Position numbers and translations under genes: made by a program
Shown: one piece after another, positions 25,575 to 34,512 of the stretch
Layout of the letters: the number at the start of each line of letters is the position of its first letter
Position numbering within the stretch: position 1 is the stretch's first letter
The notes under the pieces: generated by a model
The model's database searches: none
Seen by the model: the letters and a program-made list of their open reading frames with translations, nothing else
What the model was told of the DNA's origin: nothing
IMG/VR virus record: IMGVR_UViG_3300050034_000334
From: a virus
Taxonomy: Duplodnaviria > Caudoviricetes
Reading direction: 5' to 3' (one strand)
DNA: 64,000 bases

Positions 25575-25931
25575 TCACTTAATACTCCTCTTTTCTCCAA
25601 GATTGCTGGTGTAGATGGCACCCTTCTCGGCTCCTGAATTGCTCTTGCTAGACTCACGACCTGACTCGTCTTCACGAGCCTCGATGATCGAACTGAGCGG
25701 TCCTGCACCCTGTCTACGCTGGGCACGGTTGAAGGCCATAGCTCCCCGGCGATCGGAAGTGATCTCGATCTCAACAAGGGAGGAGTTCTTGGAGGGATAA
25801 GCGACCTTGGCCATGAGCAGCGGAACATCTTCGCCGGCACAGTGAATGCAGTCGTTGATGTTGCCCGGCTTGGTGGGAGAAAGGATGAATTCCTCACCAC
25901 AGGTGCGGCATACTCGTTTGGGCTGTTTCAT
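25575..25931 (-). CDS. Zinc-ribbon hypothetical protein
   Basis: CRTCGEEF...CIHC. Confidence 0.6.
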   Translation of the reverse strand: MKQPKRVCRTCGEEFILSPTKPGNINDCIHCAGEDVPLLMAKVAYPSKNSSLVEIEITSDRRGAMAFNRAQRRQGAGPLSSIIEAREDESGRESSKSNSGAEKGAIYTSNLGEKRSIK

Positions 25932-26149
25932 TTCTTGTACTCAAGGACTTCTTCAAAAGACTTGGTGCTTCCACGAACCATCTCGCCGTTGATCTTGAGA
26001 GTGTAGAACTTGAAAGTGGCCTTGTGCTCAAGGATCTGTGGAGCGAGTTTCTCATTGACCGTTATGCATTTGCCAGGGTCTTGTTCCGTGACAACTGCTG
26101 TGGGGCCATACTTCGCTTTGGCAATGGCGTTGGCTTCTGTAATGTTCAT
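25928..26149 (-). CDS. Hypothetical protein
   Basis: GGAGGG RBS. Confidence 0.55.
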   Translation of the reverse strand: MNITEANAIAKAKYGPTAVVTEQDPGKCITVNEKLAPQILEHKATFKFYTLKINGEMVRGSTKSFEEVLEYKK

Positions 26150-26180
26150 GCTTCCCTCCGATCCTCTCTACTGAATTTTT

Positions 26181-26885
26181 CTAGGGTTTGGCTATTATAG
26201 GGACACACTCTGAACACATTGTCACTCCCCAGTCGTCATCCTTGGGTACCAGAAGGCCTCGAGGCATGAAATCATAGTTACCACAGATACAGCGTACAGC
26301 CCATAGAGGACTGTTTCTTTCCCAGTACAGAGAAAGACCAACGACCGTCAGGTTTCCAAATATCTTGCCAGTGAGATCAGTTTTAACACTCACCGGAAGA
26401 TTCTTCAAATCGCGCAAGGCAGGACGTTCGGTGCTCAGCTTCATCGGTCTCTGAATCATCATAATGCGTCGAGGTTCTTCCTCGATCTTCTTTGATTCAG
26501 CCTTGAATACAACCCAGTTCTTATTCTTGTCCTGTTCCATCTTCTTCTGACATTCGAGCTCTCTGGGAGTCAGAGGTTGATGCTGGCTCACCTTGTATCG
26601 AACGATGTCGCTTCGTATCTCGAAGGGTGTCTTCCGATAGCTGGGTCTAGCCTCCTTACCCTCTTCGATGTATATGTCCGGGAGGGTAGCATATCTCTCA
26701 GGATGATGGTAGTCTAGGACCTCTCCTGATGAATTGTAGCAGGGTTCAATCGAGGCAGCGCCGCATACTGGACAAGAGAACAGTCGACTCTCATAATCGT
26801 CTAGGATTTCATCCGGATCAGGCCAGCATCCCACATTGAGATGAAAGTATCGAAATCCTTTGCCCATACGCTCATGCTCAATCAC
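26181..26885 (-). CDS. Hypothetical protein with C-terminal DLTGKxFGxLTV domain typical of HNH-endonuclease N-termini
   Basis: DLTGKIFGNLTVVG...WAVRCICGN. Confidence 0.55.
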   Translation of the reverse strand: MIEHERMGKGFRYFHLNVGCWPDPDEILDDYESRLFSCPVCGAASIEPCYNSSGEVLDYHHPERYATLPDIYIEEGKEARPSYRKTPFEIRSDIVRYKVSQHQPLTPRELECQKKMEQDKNKNWVVFKAESKKIEEEPRRIMMIQRPMKLSTERPALRDLKNLPVSVKTDLTGKIFGNLTVVGLSLYWERNSPLWAVRCICGNYDFMPRGLLVPKDDDWGVTMCSECVPIIAKP

Positions 26886-27567
26886 GATGTCTGAACGACT
26901 TTTTCAAGTCGAACCCTGCTTTCAAGATTTTCTGAGTATTGCTGACAGTCACAGGAGGGTCGGCATCAGGCACCGGCTTCAAGGTGTTGCCCACGAAATA
27001 GGCCAGTTCTTGATACATCTGCGTGGCTGGAACCAAAGCTGGCATCCCAATGATCTTGAGGATGGGGCATTGACCATTGATACGAATCTTGGTCTTGAAC
27101 TTGCCCCAGCGATGACTGACATCACTGATTACATATACCGGATGACCAATCTTGCGAGACAACTCGATCAGGAACTGGTTCTCCTTGGCAATCTCCACTC
27201 CGTATCCCTTGCGCCAGAAGTGACGCTTCTTGTCTTCTTCCTCGATGAGCTCAAGAGGAATCACACGATAGGAGTTGACGTCTTCCTCGAAGAATCCGGC
27301 CTTCTTCTGGATGATGTAGGCTTTGCCGGCGATGATCAGGTACTTCTGGCGGAGTTCCTGGTTGCGCATGTTGAAGTAATCCGGAGCCGTTAGTGGGCAG
27401 TCTCCGTCGATCTCGACAGTCAAATGAGTTTCGTGGACGCCTCCGAAGTTGGGGTCTCTGTCGAGAGGAGAGATTCTACCGCGAACATATACGATGGTGG
27501 GGTCACCCCCACCATACTGGTTCGCCACGAAATCATAGTAGTCCTTGAAAGGCGACTTGATGACCAT
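26878..27567 (-). CDS. Hypothetical phage protein
   Basis: MVIKSPFKDYYD...GFDLKKSFRHR. Confidence 0.7.
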   Translation of the reverse strand: MVIKSPFKDYYDFVANQYGGGDPTIVYVRGRISPLDRDPNFGGVHETHLTVEIDGDCPLTAPDYFNMRNQELRQKYLIIAGKAYIIQKKAGFFEEDVNSYRVIPLELIEEEDKKRHFWRKGYGVEIAKENQFLIELSRKIGHPVYVISDVSHRWGKFKTKIRINGQCPILKIIGMPALVPATQMYQELAYFVGNTLKPVPDADPPVTVSNTQKILKAGFDLKKSFRHRD

Positions 27568-27569
27568 GT

Positions 27570-27725
27570 TTACTCCGCGACGTTGTGTCCGGGCACCTTG
27601 TTGGACCCTGGGCATTTCTCGTCGATCACTTCACCATGATACCGGCTGGCATGCTCCACTACCTTGCCGTCAGACATTCTGACCTGAGCACCGCAATGCG
27701 AGCATTCACCCTTTTCAATTCTCAT
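27570..27725 (-). CDS. 51-aa zinc-ribbon protein, leaderless (below track cutoff)
   Basis: MRIEKGECSHCG...H...CPGS; ATG 6 nt after promoter. Confidence 0.6.
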   Translation of the reverse strand: MRIEKGECSHCGAQVRMSDGKVVEHASRYHGEVIDEKCPGSNKVPGHNVAE

Positions 27726-27731
27726 GATTCT

Positions 27732-27760
27732 CTCTACCAGAATCTAATCAAGATCGGTTA
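27732..27760 (-). promoter_or_regulatory. Phage promoter TAACCG-N17-GTAGAG
   Basis: Exact motif. Confidence 0.8.
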
Positions 27761-27773
27761 GGATTCGTTCAGT

Positions 27774-27950
27774 TCACCCTCTGCGAGAAATCACAAATTC
27801 AGGGCCAGATTCGATGCCAATCACCGGGCCGAAAACTCTACGGAATGCATCGTGATCGCCGGTGGATATGTCGACTGATACCGAAATCTCCAGATCCCCT
27901 TCTGCGTCAATCAAAGCAGATATCTTGGATACAAATTCAGATGCTTTCAT
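27774..27950 (-). CDS. 58-aa hypothetical protein (below track cutoff)
   Basis: MKASEFVSKISALIDAEGDLEISV...; coupled to upstream stop. Confidence 0.5.
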   Translation of the reverse strand: MKASEFVSKISALIDAEGDLEISVSVDISTGDHDAFRRVFGPVIGIESGPEFVISRRG

Positions 27951-28195
27951 CATTTCCTCTTGACATTCCGCATCCTCCGAAATATGGACTCTCGTGGATG
28001 TTCCTCTTTTGGCTCTTTTGGTTCTGCCACATGAGGCATCTTGATGCGCCGCTCCTTGTTGCAGTCCGAATGATCAACAATTTCGGCTGGTTTGCCGAGA
28101 AAGTCTGGCATGAGAGGATCTTTCTTTCCCCACTTGATGACAACGTACAGATCAATTCCCGGACGTACAGGTTTTCCACACCAGTCACAAATCAT
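27950..28195 (-). CDS. Zinc-binding hypothetical protein
   Basis: CDWCGK...HSDC. Confidence 0.55.
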   Translation of the reverse strand: MICDWCGKPVRPGIDLYVVIKWGKKDPLMPDFLGKPAEIVDHSDCNKERRIKMPHVAEPKEPKEEHPRESIFRRMRNVKRK

Positions 28196-28203
28196 GATTT
28201 CTC

Positions 28204-28701
28204 CTATGCCACCATCTTAACACATTCGGGACCAAACCCGTCGGCGATCGACTTGGGAACGGATAGCTTGCGACCGCAGCGTCCACAAACGCTCTCGTGC
28301 CAGACTTCGAGTTTCGCCGGCATTGTTGCTTCTGGATTCTGTACTGCCTGAACTGCTTTGATGAACCAAGAAAATGCTTTGAACGAATCAGCATTTTGGC
28401 TGACCTGGCTGGCGCCAGTGTGAATCAGTCCATGAGTCTTGCGGATGATGCCGATGTAGCAGTAGTTCTTCTCGTTGTCAGGGCCATTCAGCAGCTTGAC
28501 AAAGTAGACTGGCTCGACGACGTCCTTGAGACGTCCTTCGGCAACCGCCAGCTTGTTGGCTTCAATCTCTTGTTTGGAAACGCAGATCTTGTAAGTGAAC
28601 CGAACCTGGGAGACCTTGAACAGCAAGGTGATGGTTGCGTGTCCGGCGTAGATGTAGTCCTCAACTGCTTGCTTGGTCGGGAGTATTCCACGGAAGTCCA
28701 T
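28204..28701 (-). CDS. DUF6011-like C-terminal zinc motif protein, leaderless start
   Basis: CGRCGRKLSVPKSIADGFGPEC. Confidence 0.7.
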   Translation of the reverse strand: MDFRGILPTKQAVEDYIYAGHATITLLFKVSQVRFTYKICVSKQEIEANKLAVAEGRLKDVVEPVYFVKLLNGPDNEKNYCYIGIIRKTHGLIHTGASQVSQNADSFKAFSWFIKAVQAVQNPEATMPAKLEVWHESVCGRCGRKLSVPKSIADGFGPECVKMVA

Positions 28702-28707
28702 ACTCTC

Positions 28708-28736
28708 TTCTACTGGTCTGGAACTCGGATCGGTTA
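28708..28736 (-). promoter_or_regulatory. Phage promoter TAACCG-N17-GTAGAA
   Basis: Motif match, ATG 6 nt downstream. Confidence 0.75.
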
Positions 28737-29000
28737 GTTTACCCAGCCGCTTCCTGGAGGATGTTTTTGATTTCTTTCCCATATCGCAAGTGCAGCTTCT
28801 GCAGCCTCTCGCCGCGTCATGTCAGGCGGATCACCTTCATCTGATCCAGGAACAAAGCAGGCACATCTCTGTTCCTGATGTGCAACTGAACCGATGATAC
28901 CACGCATGCCACAGGCGCGATGCATGACCAGATCTCCATTATTGAAGGCCATAATCGCATCGCCTGGAATTACTTTCTCGTTACAATGAGGACAGTCCAT
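28734..29000 (-). CDS. Cys-rich hypothetical protein
   Basis: MDCPHC...HRAC...IIGSVAHQEQRCAC. Confidence 0.6.
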   Translation of the reverse strand: MDCPHCNEKVIPGDAIMAFNNGDLVMHRACGMRGIIGSVAHQEQRCACFVPGSDEGDPPDMTRREAAEAALAIWERNQKHPPGSGWVN

Positions 29001-29392
29001 CACACACCTTTCACTGCTTCTGTCAGAGCATGATACTTCGCCACGAAACGACGATACTCCTCTCGAGAGATGTACCTCATGCTCGTGAAGCAAGGATATC
29101 CATTGATCGAGCGACTGAGAGCATCCGCCATCGGAGCGTAGATCATGCCAACATCCTTCCTCATCTCGTCCAGCTGCTTCTGTTCCATGAATCCCAAAGG
29201 CAGGAAGATGATTGTCATCAGGTTGGCATCGTGCTTATGGACGTGATCACTGGTGAAGATCTCGCCGCGAAAGGCCTGCAGCGCGAGGGCCTTAATCTCC
29301 TCGTCTGTCATCACTTTCTTCTTCGGCTTCCTCGTCGGCTTCAAGGGGAGATTCCCCTTCAAGTTCGTCGTCGAACTCGCTTCTGTAGTCAT
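29000..29392 (-). CDS. Hypothetical protein
   Basis: ORF track. Confidence 0.6.
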   Translation of the reverse strand: MTTEASSTTNLKGNLPLKPTRKPKKKVMTDEEIKALALQAFRGEIFTSDHVHKHDANLMTIIFLPLGFMEQKQLDEMRKDVGMIYAPMADALSRSINGYPCFTSMRYISREEYRRFVAKYHALTEAVKGV

Positions 29393-29757
29393 CAGGCTGT
29401 TCCATCCTTCACCCCTACAATTTCGGCTGTGCGGAGAACTGCCCTCGCGGACAGAGGACCGTCGTACATTCCAATTTGGGACCAGACTACGAGCATCCGC
29501 TCATAGACATATTCGATCTGCACGGTCGCATAGCGATATTCCCAGTATTCTGCAGGAGTCGTTCCTGGGCGCTGGAGATCGAGTTCATGGTCATGACGCT
29601 GATCGAGAGTGTGCCGGAAATCCTTCATCGTTTCCAGTTCACGACAGATCTCAAATCCGTCTTTCCCACCGCGAATTCGTTCAGGCCGCGTCTCGTTCTT
29701 TTCGACTGACGCGAGGCCTTCAACTATGAGTTGTTCCTTGAACTCCTGAATGTTCAT
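29392..29757 (-). CDS. Hypothetical protein
   Basis: ORF track; start moved to MNIQEF. Confidence 0.6.
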   Translation of the reverse strand: MNIQEFKEQLIVEGLASVEKNETRPERIRGGKDGFEICRELETMKDFRHTLDQRHDHELDLQRPGTTPAEYWEYRYATVQIEYVYERMLVVWSQIGMYDGPLSARAVLRTAEIVGVKDGTA

Positions 29758-30133
29758 TGATTTCCTTCTCCCAGGCCTCTTGGCATTTTGCACAAACCTT
29801 GGCCAGAGGGTGTTTGGTGACCAGAGTTCTCACATCCCAGGACATCTCCCGACCACAGAGTGACGGAGTGTCTGCGCCGCCGCTCAGTTTCTTGCCTTTG
29901 GAGGTCAACCGGCGGATGTGCCAGGGACTCAGAGAACCGGCGGACCAGGCTTCACAGTAGCTGTGAGTCTCGAGATCTTCTGGCTTGAGGTACTCCTGAT
30001 TTTCTGGAGGTAGCTCAAAATTCCACCACAGCCATCCGAAGACATATGGGTTTTCGATGGCGATTTGAACTGGCTTCCAGTACTTCATGGCTTGTGAGAA
30101 TCCACGCTTGACTGTGATGTTGGGCAGGATCAT
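29720..30133 (-). CDS. Hypothetical protein
   Basis: ORF track. Confidence 0.5.
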   Translation of the reverse strand: MILPNITVKRGFSQAMKYWKPVQIAIENPYVFGWLWWNFELPPENQEYLKPEDLETHSYCEAWSAGSLSPWHIRRLTSKGKKLSGGADTPSLCGREMSWDVRTLVTKHPLAKVCAKCQEAWEKEINEHSGVQGTTHS

Positions 30134-30728
30134 AAATCTCCTTCAATGTCCGATGCGAACTTTCGTCTTTTGGAAAACGAGTAAACAACACCAGTAGTGA
30201 GCGAGAAACTTGAAATCGATCGGAAAGGAGTATAGGTGTCTGTAAATGTTGCCTCGTACACCTTCCACTTCCACCTTCCAAAGTCAATGGCAGTGCTTTG
30301 GCTTGCTTGCCAGCATGGCGACCACGCAGACGGAGTCGGCACATAGTACCCTGACGATGGTAGAATGGGATGAGGTCCGATATCGTGGCCCTTGGACATG
30401 CCTCCACCAAAGTAACCAGCTACGAGATACCTTTGCCATACACGCTTCTCCGCGCGATAGCCACCAGTGATGGGCGACTGCGAAAAATGCTCGTAGAAAG
30501 GAAATGTTGCAACACGCACTTCGGCACCAAGCAGCGGCGAGTGCTGTACATACATCCACCCAGGGATTTATAGGTTAAGTCGACGACGTGGGTTTTCTGG
30601 CCGCCGAATGAGACAAAGACGTTAAGGCCAGAGCCAGACGTTGCCGCTGGAACAACCTGTCCTGAGGCGGCCAAGGAACCACCGAATGCAAGCACGAAGA
30701 AGACAGACTTCTTCAGAATGGACAGCAT
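30130..30728 (-). pseudogene. Frameshifted secreted beta-barrel (OMP-like) gene; frameshift near 30556
   Basis: Signal peptide ORF 30728 continues as ORF 30555-30130, which has alternating beta strands and a C-terminal GVVYSF. Confidence 0.5.
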
Positions 30729-31159
30729 TATTGGTACTCCGCTTCTGAGGAATACTGATCCTCTGCTCCAGTGTCGTTGCCGATGGGATTGGTGAATCCG
30801 TACTTCACAGCCGTGGCCTTGAAGAGTGGCAGTCCATACTGAGGATAGTCGTCGAAGTCTTCAAGACCTTCTTCGAGGATCCAGTTCCACATGGACACGA
30901 CGCTGTACATCAGCGAAGCTGAGATGCCGCGCCTGTTCAGGGCCTTCTCAAAACCGAAGTCGACATCCTTCTCAAGCTGAGCCAAGACGTTCTCGCGAGT
31001 GTAGTCAACAGGAACGTGCTTGCCGACAAACTCGTCCTTGAGTGTGACCCCAATGTCCTTGAGCTTATCCTCGGGGACGAACTGTGACAAACGAGACAGA
31101 TCTCGACCATCGAGCGTCTCGGATTTGTAGCCTGTAATAACTTCTTCCAGTGACTTCAT
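30728..31159 (-). CDS. Hypothetical protein
   Basis: ORF track, GGAG RBS. Confidence 0.7.
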   Translation of the reverse strand: MKSLEEVITGYKSETLDGRDLSRLSQFVPEDKLKDIGVTLKDEFVGKHVPVDYTRENVLAQLEKDVDFGFEKALNRRGISASLMYSVVSMWNWILEEGLEDFDDYPQYGLPLFKATAVKYGFTNPIGNDTGAEDQYSSEAEYQ

Positions 31160-31201
31160 TCTGCGTTCTCCTGGTTCGCTTCTTCTCGAACTCTGAAGAA
31201 C

Positions 31202-31230
31202 TTCTACGAGCTCATTCCGGGAAACGGTTA
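31202..31230 (-). promoter_or_regulatory. Phage promoter TAACCG-N17-GTAGAA
   Basis: Motif match. Confidence 0.75.
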
Positions 31231-31475
31231 AATATCACTCTCTTGGCAGTCTTTCCCACTCTAACAACAAAGACTGGATCCTCGTTCTTCCGCACTATTT
31301 CACTTGTGTATCTGGATTCAGCAAATCCATCCACTCTGAGGGCACCGGCCTCAATCAACCGATGGGCAGCAGATCTCGAGGGTGCTAATCCAGCTTTGAC
31401 CAGGACAGGAACCCAATCCACTACGAATGCTTCGAGTTCGACTTCTTCCTCAACTGGAGGATCTTCTTCGTTCAT
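31212..31475 (-). CDS. Stand-alone S4 RNA-binding domain resembling the TyrRS C-terminal domain
   Basis: VLVKAGLAPSRSAAHRLIEAGALRVDG...VVRVGK. Confidence 0.75.
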   Translation of the reverse strand: MNEEDPPVEEEVELEAFVVDWVPVLVKAGLAPSRSAAHRLIEAGALRVDGFAESRYTSEIVRKNEDPVFVVRVGKTAKRVIFNRFPE

Positions 31476-31693
31476 CTCTTCACTTCCTGCATTCCGGTTG
31501 CATACCACTTGCCCTCCTTGAGTTCGAAGAGGGACTTGCCACGCTTGCAATTGAGAGCCTTGCGAAGATCATCACCACTGGGAATTTCAGCGGGAACGAA
31601 CTGTGCCTCGAGCTCCTTGAATGTGAATCCGTGCTCAGCATTCCAACCATGATTGATCCGGCCACTGATGTAGTCGAAGATCGTGGTGACCAC
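31472..31693 (-). CDS. Hypothetical protein
   Basis: ATGA coupling to the S4 gene. Confidence 0.55.
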   Translation of the reverse strand: MVTTIFDYISGRINHGWNAEHGFTFKELEAQFVPAEIPSGDDLRKALNCKRGKSLFELKEGKWYATGMQEVKR

Positions 31694-32045
31694 TCATTGA
31701 CTTCGTTGAATGTAGCTGGGAGGACGTCAGGATGCTTCTCACGAGCAACCTGCTTACGAATCTTGCCCAGTGCACCCTGATAGTGATGAGCCGGGTTCAC
31801 GCACTTGTCATTGCCACACTCGTTGTAGATGTTGGAGTCATTCGGATCCATCACCTGCCCAGTGAGATACCAGGCCAGCCGGGTAGCAGGCAGTCCCTTT
31901 CCCAGCCAGGGGATATGGGCGACCTTCTTGATCGTACCCTTCTTGCTGCGAGTGACTTCGAAGCGAACTTCCCAGCAGCCGTTGCCGGCCTCCTTGTTGA
32001 TCTGCTCCCAGAACTCTTCAGCGATGATCTGTTTTCCGTCCGTGA
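31690..32045 (-). pseudogene. 5'-truncated HNH-like endonuclease remnant
   Basis: EEFWEQINK...GCWE...RLAWYLTG...CGNDKCVNPAHHYQG; no in-frame ATG upstream. Confidence 0.55.
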
Positions 32046-32337
32046 TGGAAAAGCATTCGTCAAAGTGAGTCGATGGTTTCCGTCAAGTAAGGTTTGTTCT
32101 GAGTGTGGGTATCAAATGGGTAAAATGTCCTTGGATATTCGTTCATGGGTTTGTCCGTCTTGTTTGACACATCACGACCGCGATATAAACGCGGCAAGGA
32201 ATATCCGGGACGAAGGTCTACGGATACTGGCGTCAGGGATTGGCGCTACTGCCAGTGGAGGCAACGTAAGACGGAAGTTGGGATGCAAATCCTCAGCTAA
32301 CGCAGATGCCGTTGAAGCTGGAAGCTCATTGTTATGA
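32042..32337 (+). mobile_element. tnpB: IS200/IS605 tnpB 3' remnant
   Basis: KVSRWFPSSKVCSECG...WVCPSC..HHDRDINAARNI; N-terminal part missing. Confidence 0.85.
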
Positions 32338-32342
32338 GTAAT

Positions 32343-32645
32343 TCACAGAGGAAATTTATATGCCAGTGACCATAGATCTTCATCAACTATCTTGAAATCC
32401 TTGAGAATCGCGCTCTCGTCGAGAAACTTGTGTTCCTTCAACCGATTGAACATCGGGAGGAATGCTTCGAGCAGGGGGAAGGCTTCTCTCTGAGGGATCA
32501 GCACGAAGATTTCCTCGAAGAACGGTCCTTCGAGTCCAAACTGGGAGGATAGAGTAACCGAACGGATATGCACAGGGTTCGTAGTTGTGTATCTAAGCCG
32601 AACTTTGACGAACCCTTTGCAGTCGGTCTCTAGTGAGTAAACCAA
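32343..32645 (-). CDS. Hypothetical protein
   Basis: ORF track. Confidence 0.5.
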   Translation of the reverse strand: MVYSLETDCKGFVKVRLRYTTTNPVHIRSVTLSSQFGLEGPFFEEIFVLIPQREAFPLLEAFLPMFNRLKEHKFLDESAILKDFKIVDEDLWSLAYKFPL

Positions 32646-33250
32646 TCTTCCAACCCCTCGTAATGCAGTGACGACGCCTTGGGCGCTGCCGGTGGAGCAG
32701 CAGGAGGATGAATGTCCTCTGGTTCTGGTACTGCATTCAGGGTCGCTTCTGAATCTCTCTCAACTTCTTCATGAGGAGCCTCTGGAAGTCCATGTTCTCC
32801 GCCGCTTCTGTGCTTCTGGAGGAAGTCGCCAAGCCAGACGTCGCCATCTGCTACAGCCAGGTGCTGGAAATCGTCCATGGAGATGCGATCGTGCTGCTTG
32901 GCGCCGAACTCATCAGTGCGGTCACCCTTTCCTTCTCCCTCGAAGTATGCAAAGGTCAGGCCATGGATCTTCAAGCCACTGCCGGTCAGGTAGTACAAGA
33001 AATCAGAGGACATGGGAACTGCAACAGCGATCACGCTCAACTTGGTCTTGGTCTCTTCGTGATCTTCGTCTTCGTCATCCCAGTAGAACACCGTCTCTTC
33101 GGCATCCTCGAGGAGTTCGGGCTTGGTGCAGATCCCATAGATGGTGTAGTTGGCCATCTCGCTGGAAGAGGCATGGTTTACTCTTTCCAGCAAGCTGAGA
33201 GCCGGTCGCAGGTTCTGCAATTCTTCAGGTGACACTTCCACAAAGCGCAT
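32630..33250 (-). CDS. Acidic hypothetical protein
   Basis: ORF track, GGAG RBS. Confidence 0.65.
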   Translation of the reverse strand: MRFVEVSPEELQNLRPALSLLERVNHASSSEMANYTIYGICTKPELLEDAEETVFYWDDEDEDHEETKTKLSVIAVAVPMSSDFLYYLTGSGLKIHGLTFAYFEGEGKGDRTDEFGAKQHDRISMDDFQHLAVADGDVWLGDFLQKHRSGGEHGLPEAPHEEVERDSEATLNAVPEPEDIHPPAAPPAAPKASSLHYEGLEDWFTH

Positions 33251-33285
33251 GGCGTTACTCCCCTGTAGAGATCATTGTAGTCTGT

Positions 33286-33609
33286 TTAAGCAACAGGGTG
33301 TTCATTTGTTTTGGGTGGCTGAGGTGGACCGGGCAGCGGATCCTTCACTGGAGAAGCAAAGATGTGATCCACCGTCTTCCAGAATCGAGTGTTGAGATCC
33401 TTGAGCACTCGGTTGGCGGTGTACTCATCCTTGACAGTTTCCTTGGGAATCTCAGAAGTAGGAGCAGCAGTGGCAGCAGTTCTGATGACATCAGTACTGG
33501 CGACGAGATAGATCTCGGTTGCTCCCGGAGGTAAGTTGATAGTGATCGTCTTCCCACTGAAGAGTCGGAGCAGTTGTATCTGGCTCAAGGTAGCACGGAC
33601 TTTGGACAT
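33286..33609 (-). CDS. Hypothetical protein
   Basis: ORF track. Confidence 0.55.
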   Translation of the reverse strand: MSKVRATLSQIQLLRLFSGKTITINLPPGATEIYLVASTDVIRTAATAAPTSEIPKETVKDEYTANRVLKDLNTRFWKTVDHIFASPVKDPLPGPPQPPKTNEHPVA

Positions 33610-33742
33610 GAGTGTTCACCTTCCTTCGCCCTCTCCACCAGGCGATGTGTGCGGCTAGAATGCACCCGAAGATGAACAGACCTCCCAGAACGAATAGCCC
33701 GACTCCGATACAGGTGAGCATGTTGATGGTGCTGTTATTCAT
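33491..33742 (-). CDS. Small membrane protein, leaderless
   Basis: TM helix; ATG 6 nt after promoter. Confidence 0.55.
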   Translation of the reverse strand: MNNSTINMLTCIGVGLFVLGGLFIFGCILAAHIAWWRGRRKVNTHVQSPCYLEPDTTAPTLQWEDDHYQLTSGSNRDLSRRQY

Positions 33743-33748
33743 ACCATT

Positions 33749-33777
33749 CTCTACGCTCATTGCAGTGAAGACGGTTA
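33749..33777 (-). promoter_or_regulatory. Phage promoter TAACCG-N17-GTAGAG
   Basis: Exact motif. Confidence 0.8.
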
Positions 33778-34001
33778 GGAAGGTATCTTCCAAGGAGCAA
33801 GTAACCGGGCTGCATTTTCAGCGATCTTTCGGATACCTTCGTTTGTACCCTCAGTGACCGCCGTCAGGATGTCCTGTGGAATTGCATCCACCTGATAGTT
33901 CTCTAGCGTAATCTCTCCCAGGCAGAACCGGATTGCACTGGCTGGGCAAGATTGTTGCTCTGCTGATTGATGAGGTTCCATATGCTCTTTCAGTACAGTG
34001 A

Positions 34002-34487
34002 TTATGTTCCTGTGGAGCCGAATCCTCCAGTGCCTCTACTTGTATCCGAAAGTTCATCTACAGCGATCGCAGTACCCATATACATGGGAACATACGCGAT
34101 TTGGACGAGCCGGTCACCCTGCTCCCACCAGAAATCGGATTCGCTGAGATTTTCCAGTCCAATCATGATTTCGCCGCGATAGTCTGCGTCGATCAGGCAA
34201 GGAGAGAAATAGAGGCGGATACCTCGAGTGGCAAGGCCAGATCGAGGAATGAGGAGTCCATGCAAGGTGAATGGAATCTGGGTTGATCCCATTCCATCCG
34301 TGACAATGTTGAAGTCTTGGCAGACTTCATGAGCTATGCCAGTGGGGACTTTCTTCCTCTCATGAGGAGACAGGCAACCGTCCTCTGGTGCGTAGATGTC
34401 GAATGCGCCGGAGTGCTCCGTGCCTCTCTGGGGAAGCCTGGATCCTGGACGCAGCAATTTGAACTTGACTGCAGGAAAATCATTCAT
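34002..34487 (-). CDS. dut: dUTPase (trimeric type)
   Basis: SGAFDI, PRSGLA, IDADYRGEI, GDRLVQ and RGTGGFGSTG motifs. Confidence 0.95.
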   Translation of the reverse strand: MNDFPAVKFKLLRPGSRLPQRGTEHSGAFDIYAPEDGCLSPHERKKVPTGIAHEVCQDFNIVTDGMGSTQIPFTLHGLLIPRSGLATRGIRLYFSPCLIDADYRGEIMIGLENLSESDFWWEQGDRLVQIAYVPMYMGTAIAVDELSDTSRGTGGFGSTGT

Positions 34488-34512
34488 GGTGGCTCCAATA
34501 CTTGTACAGTTC

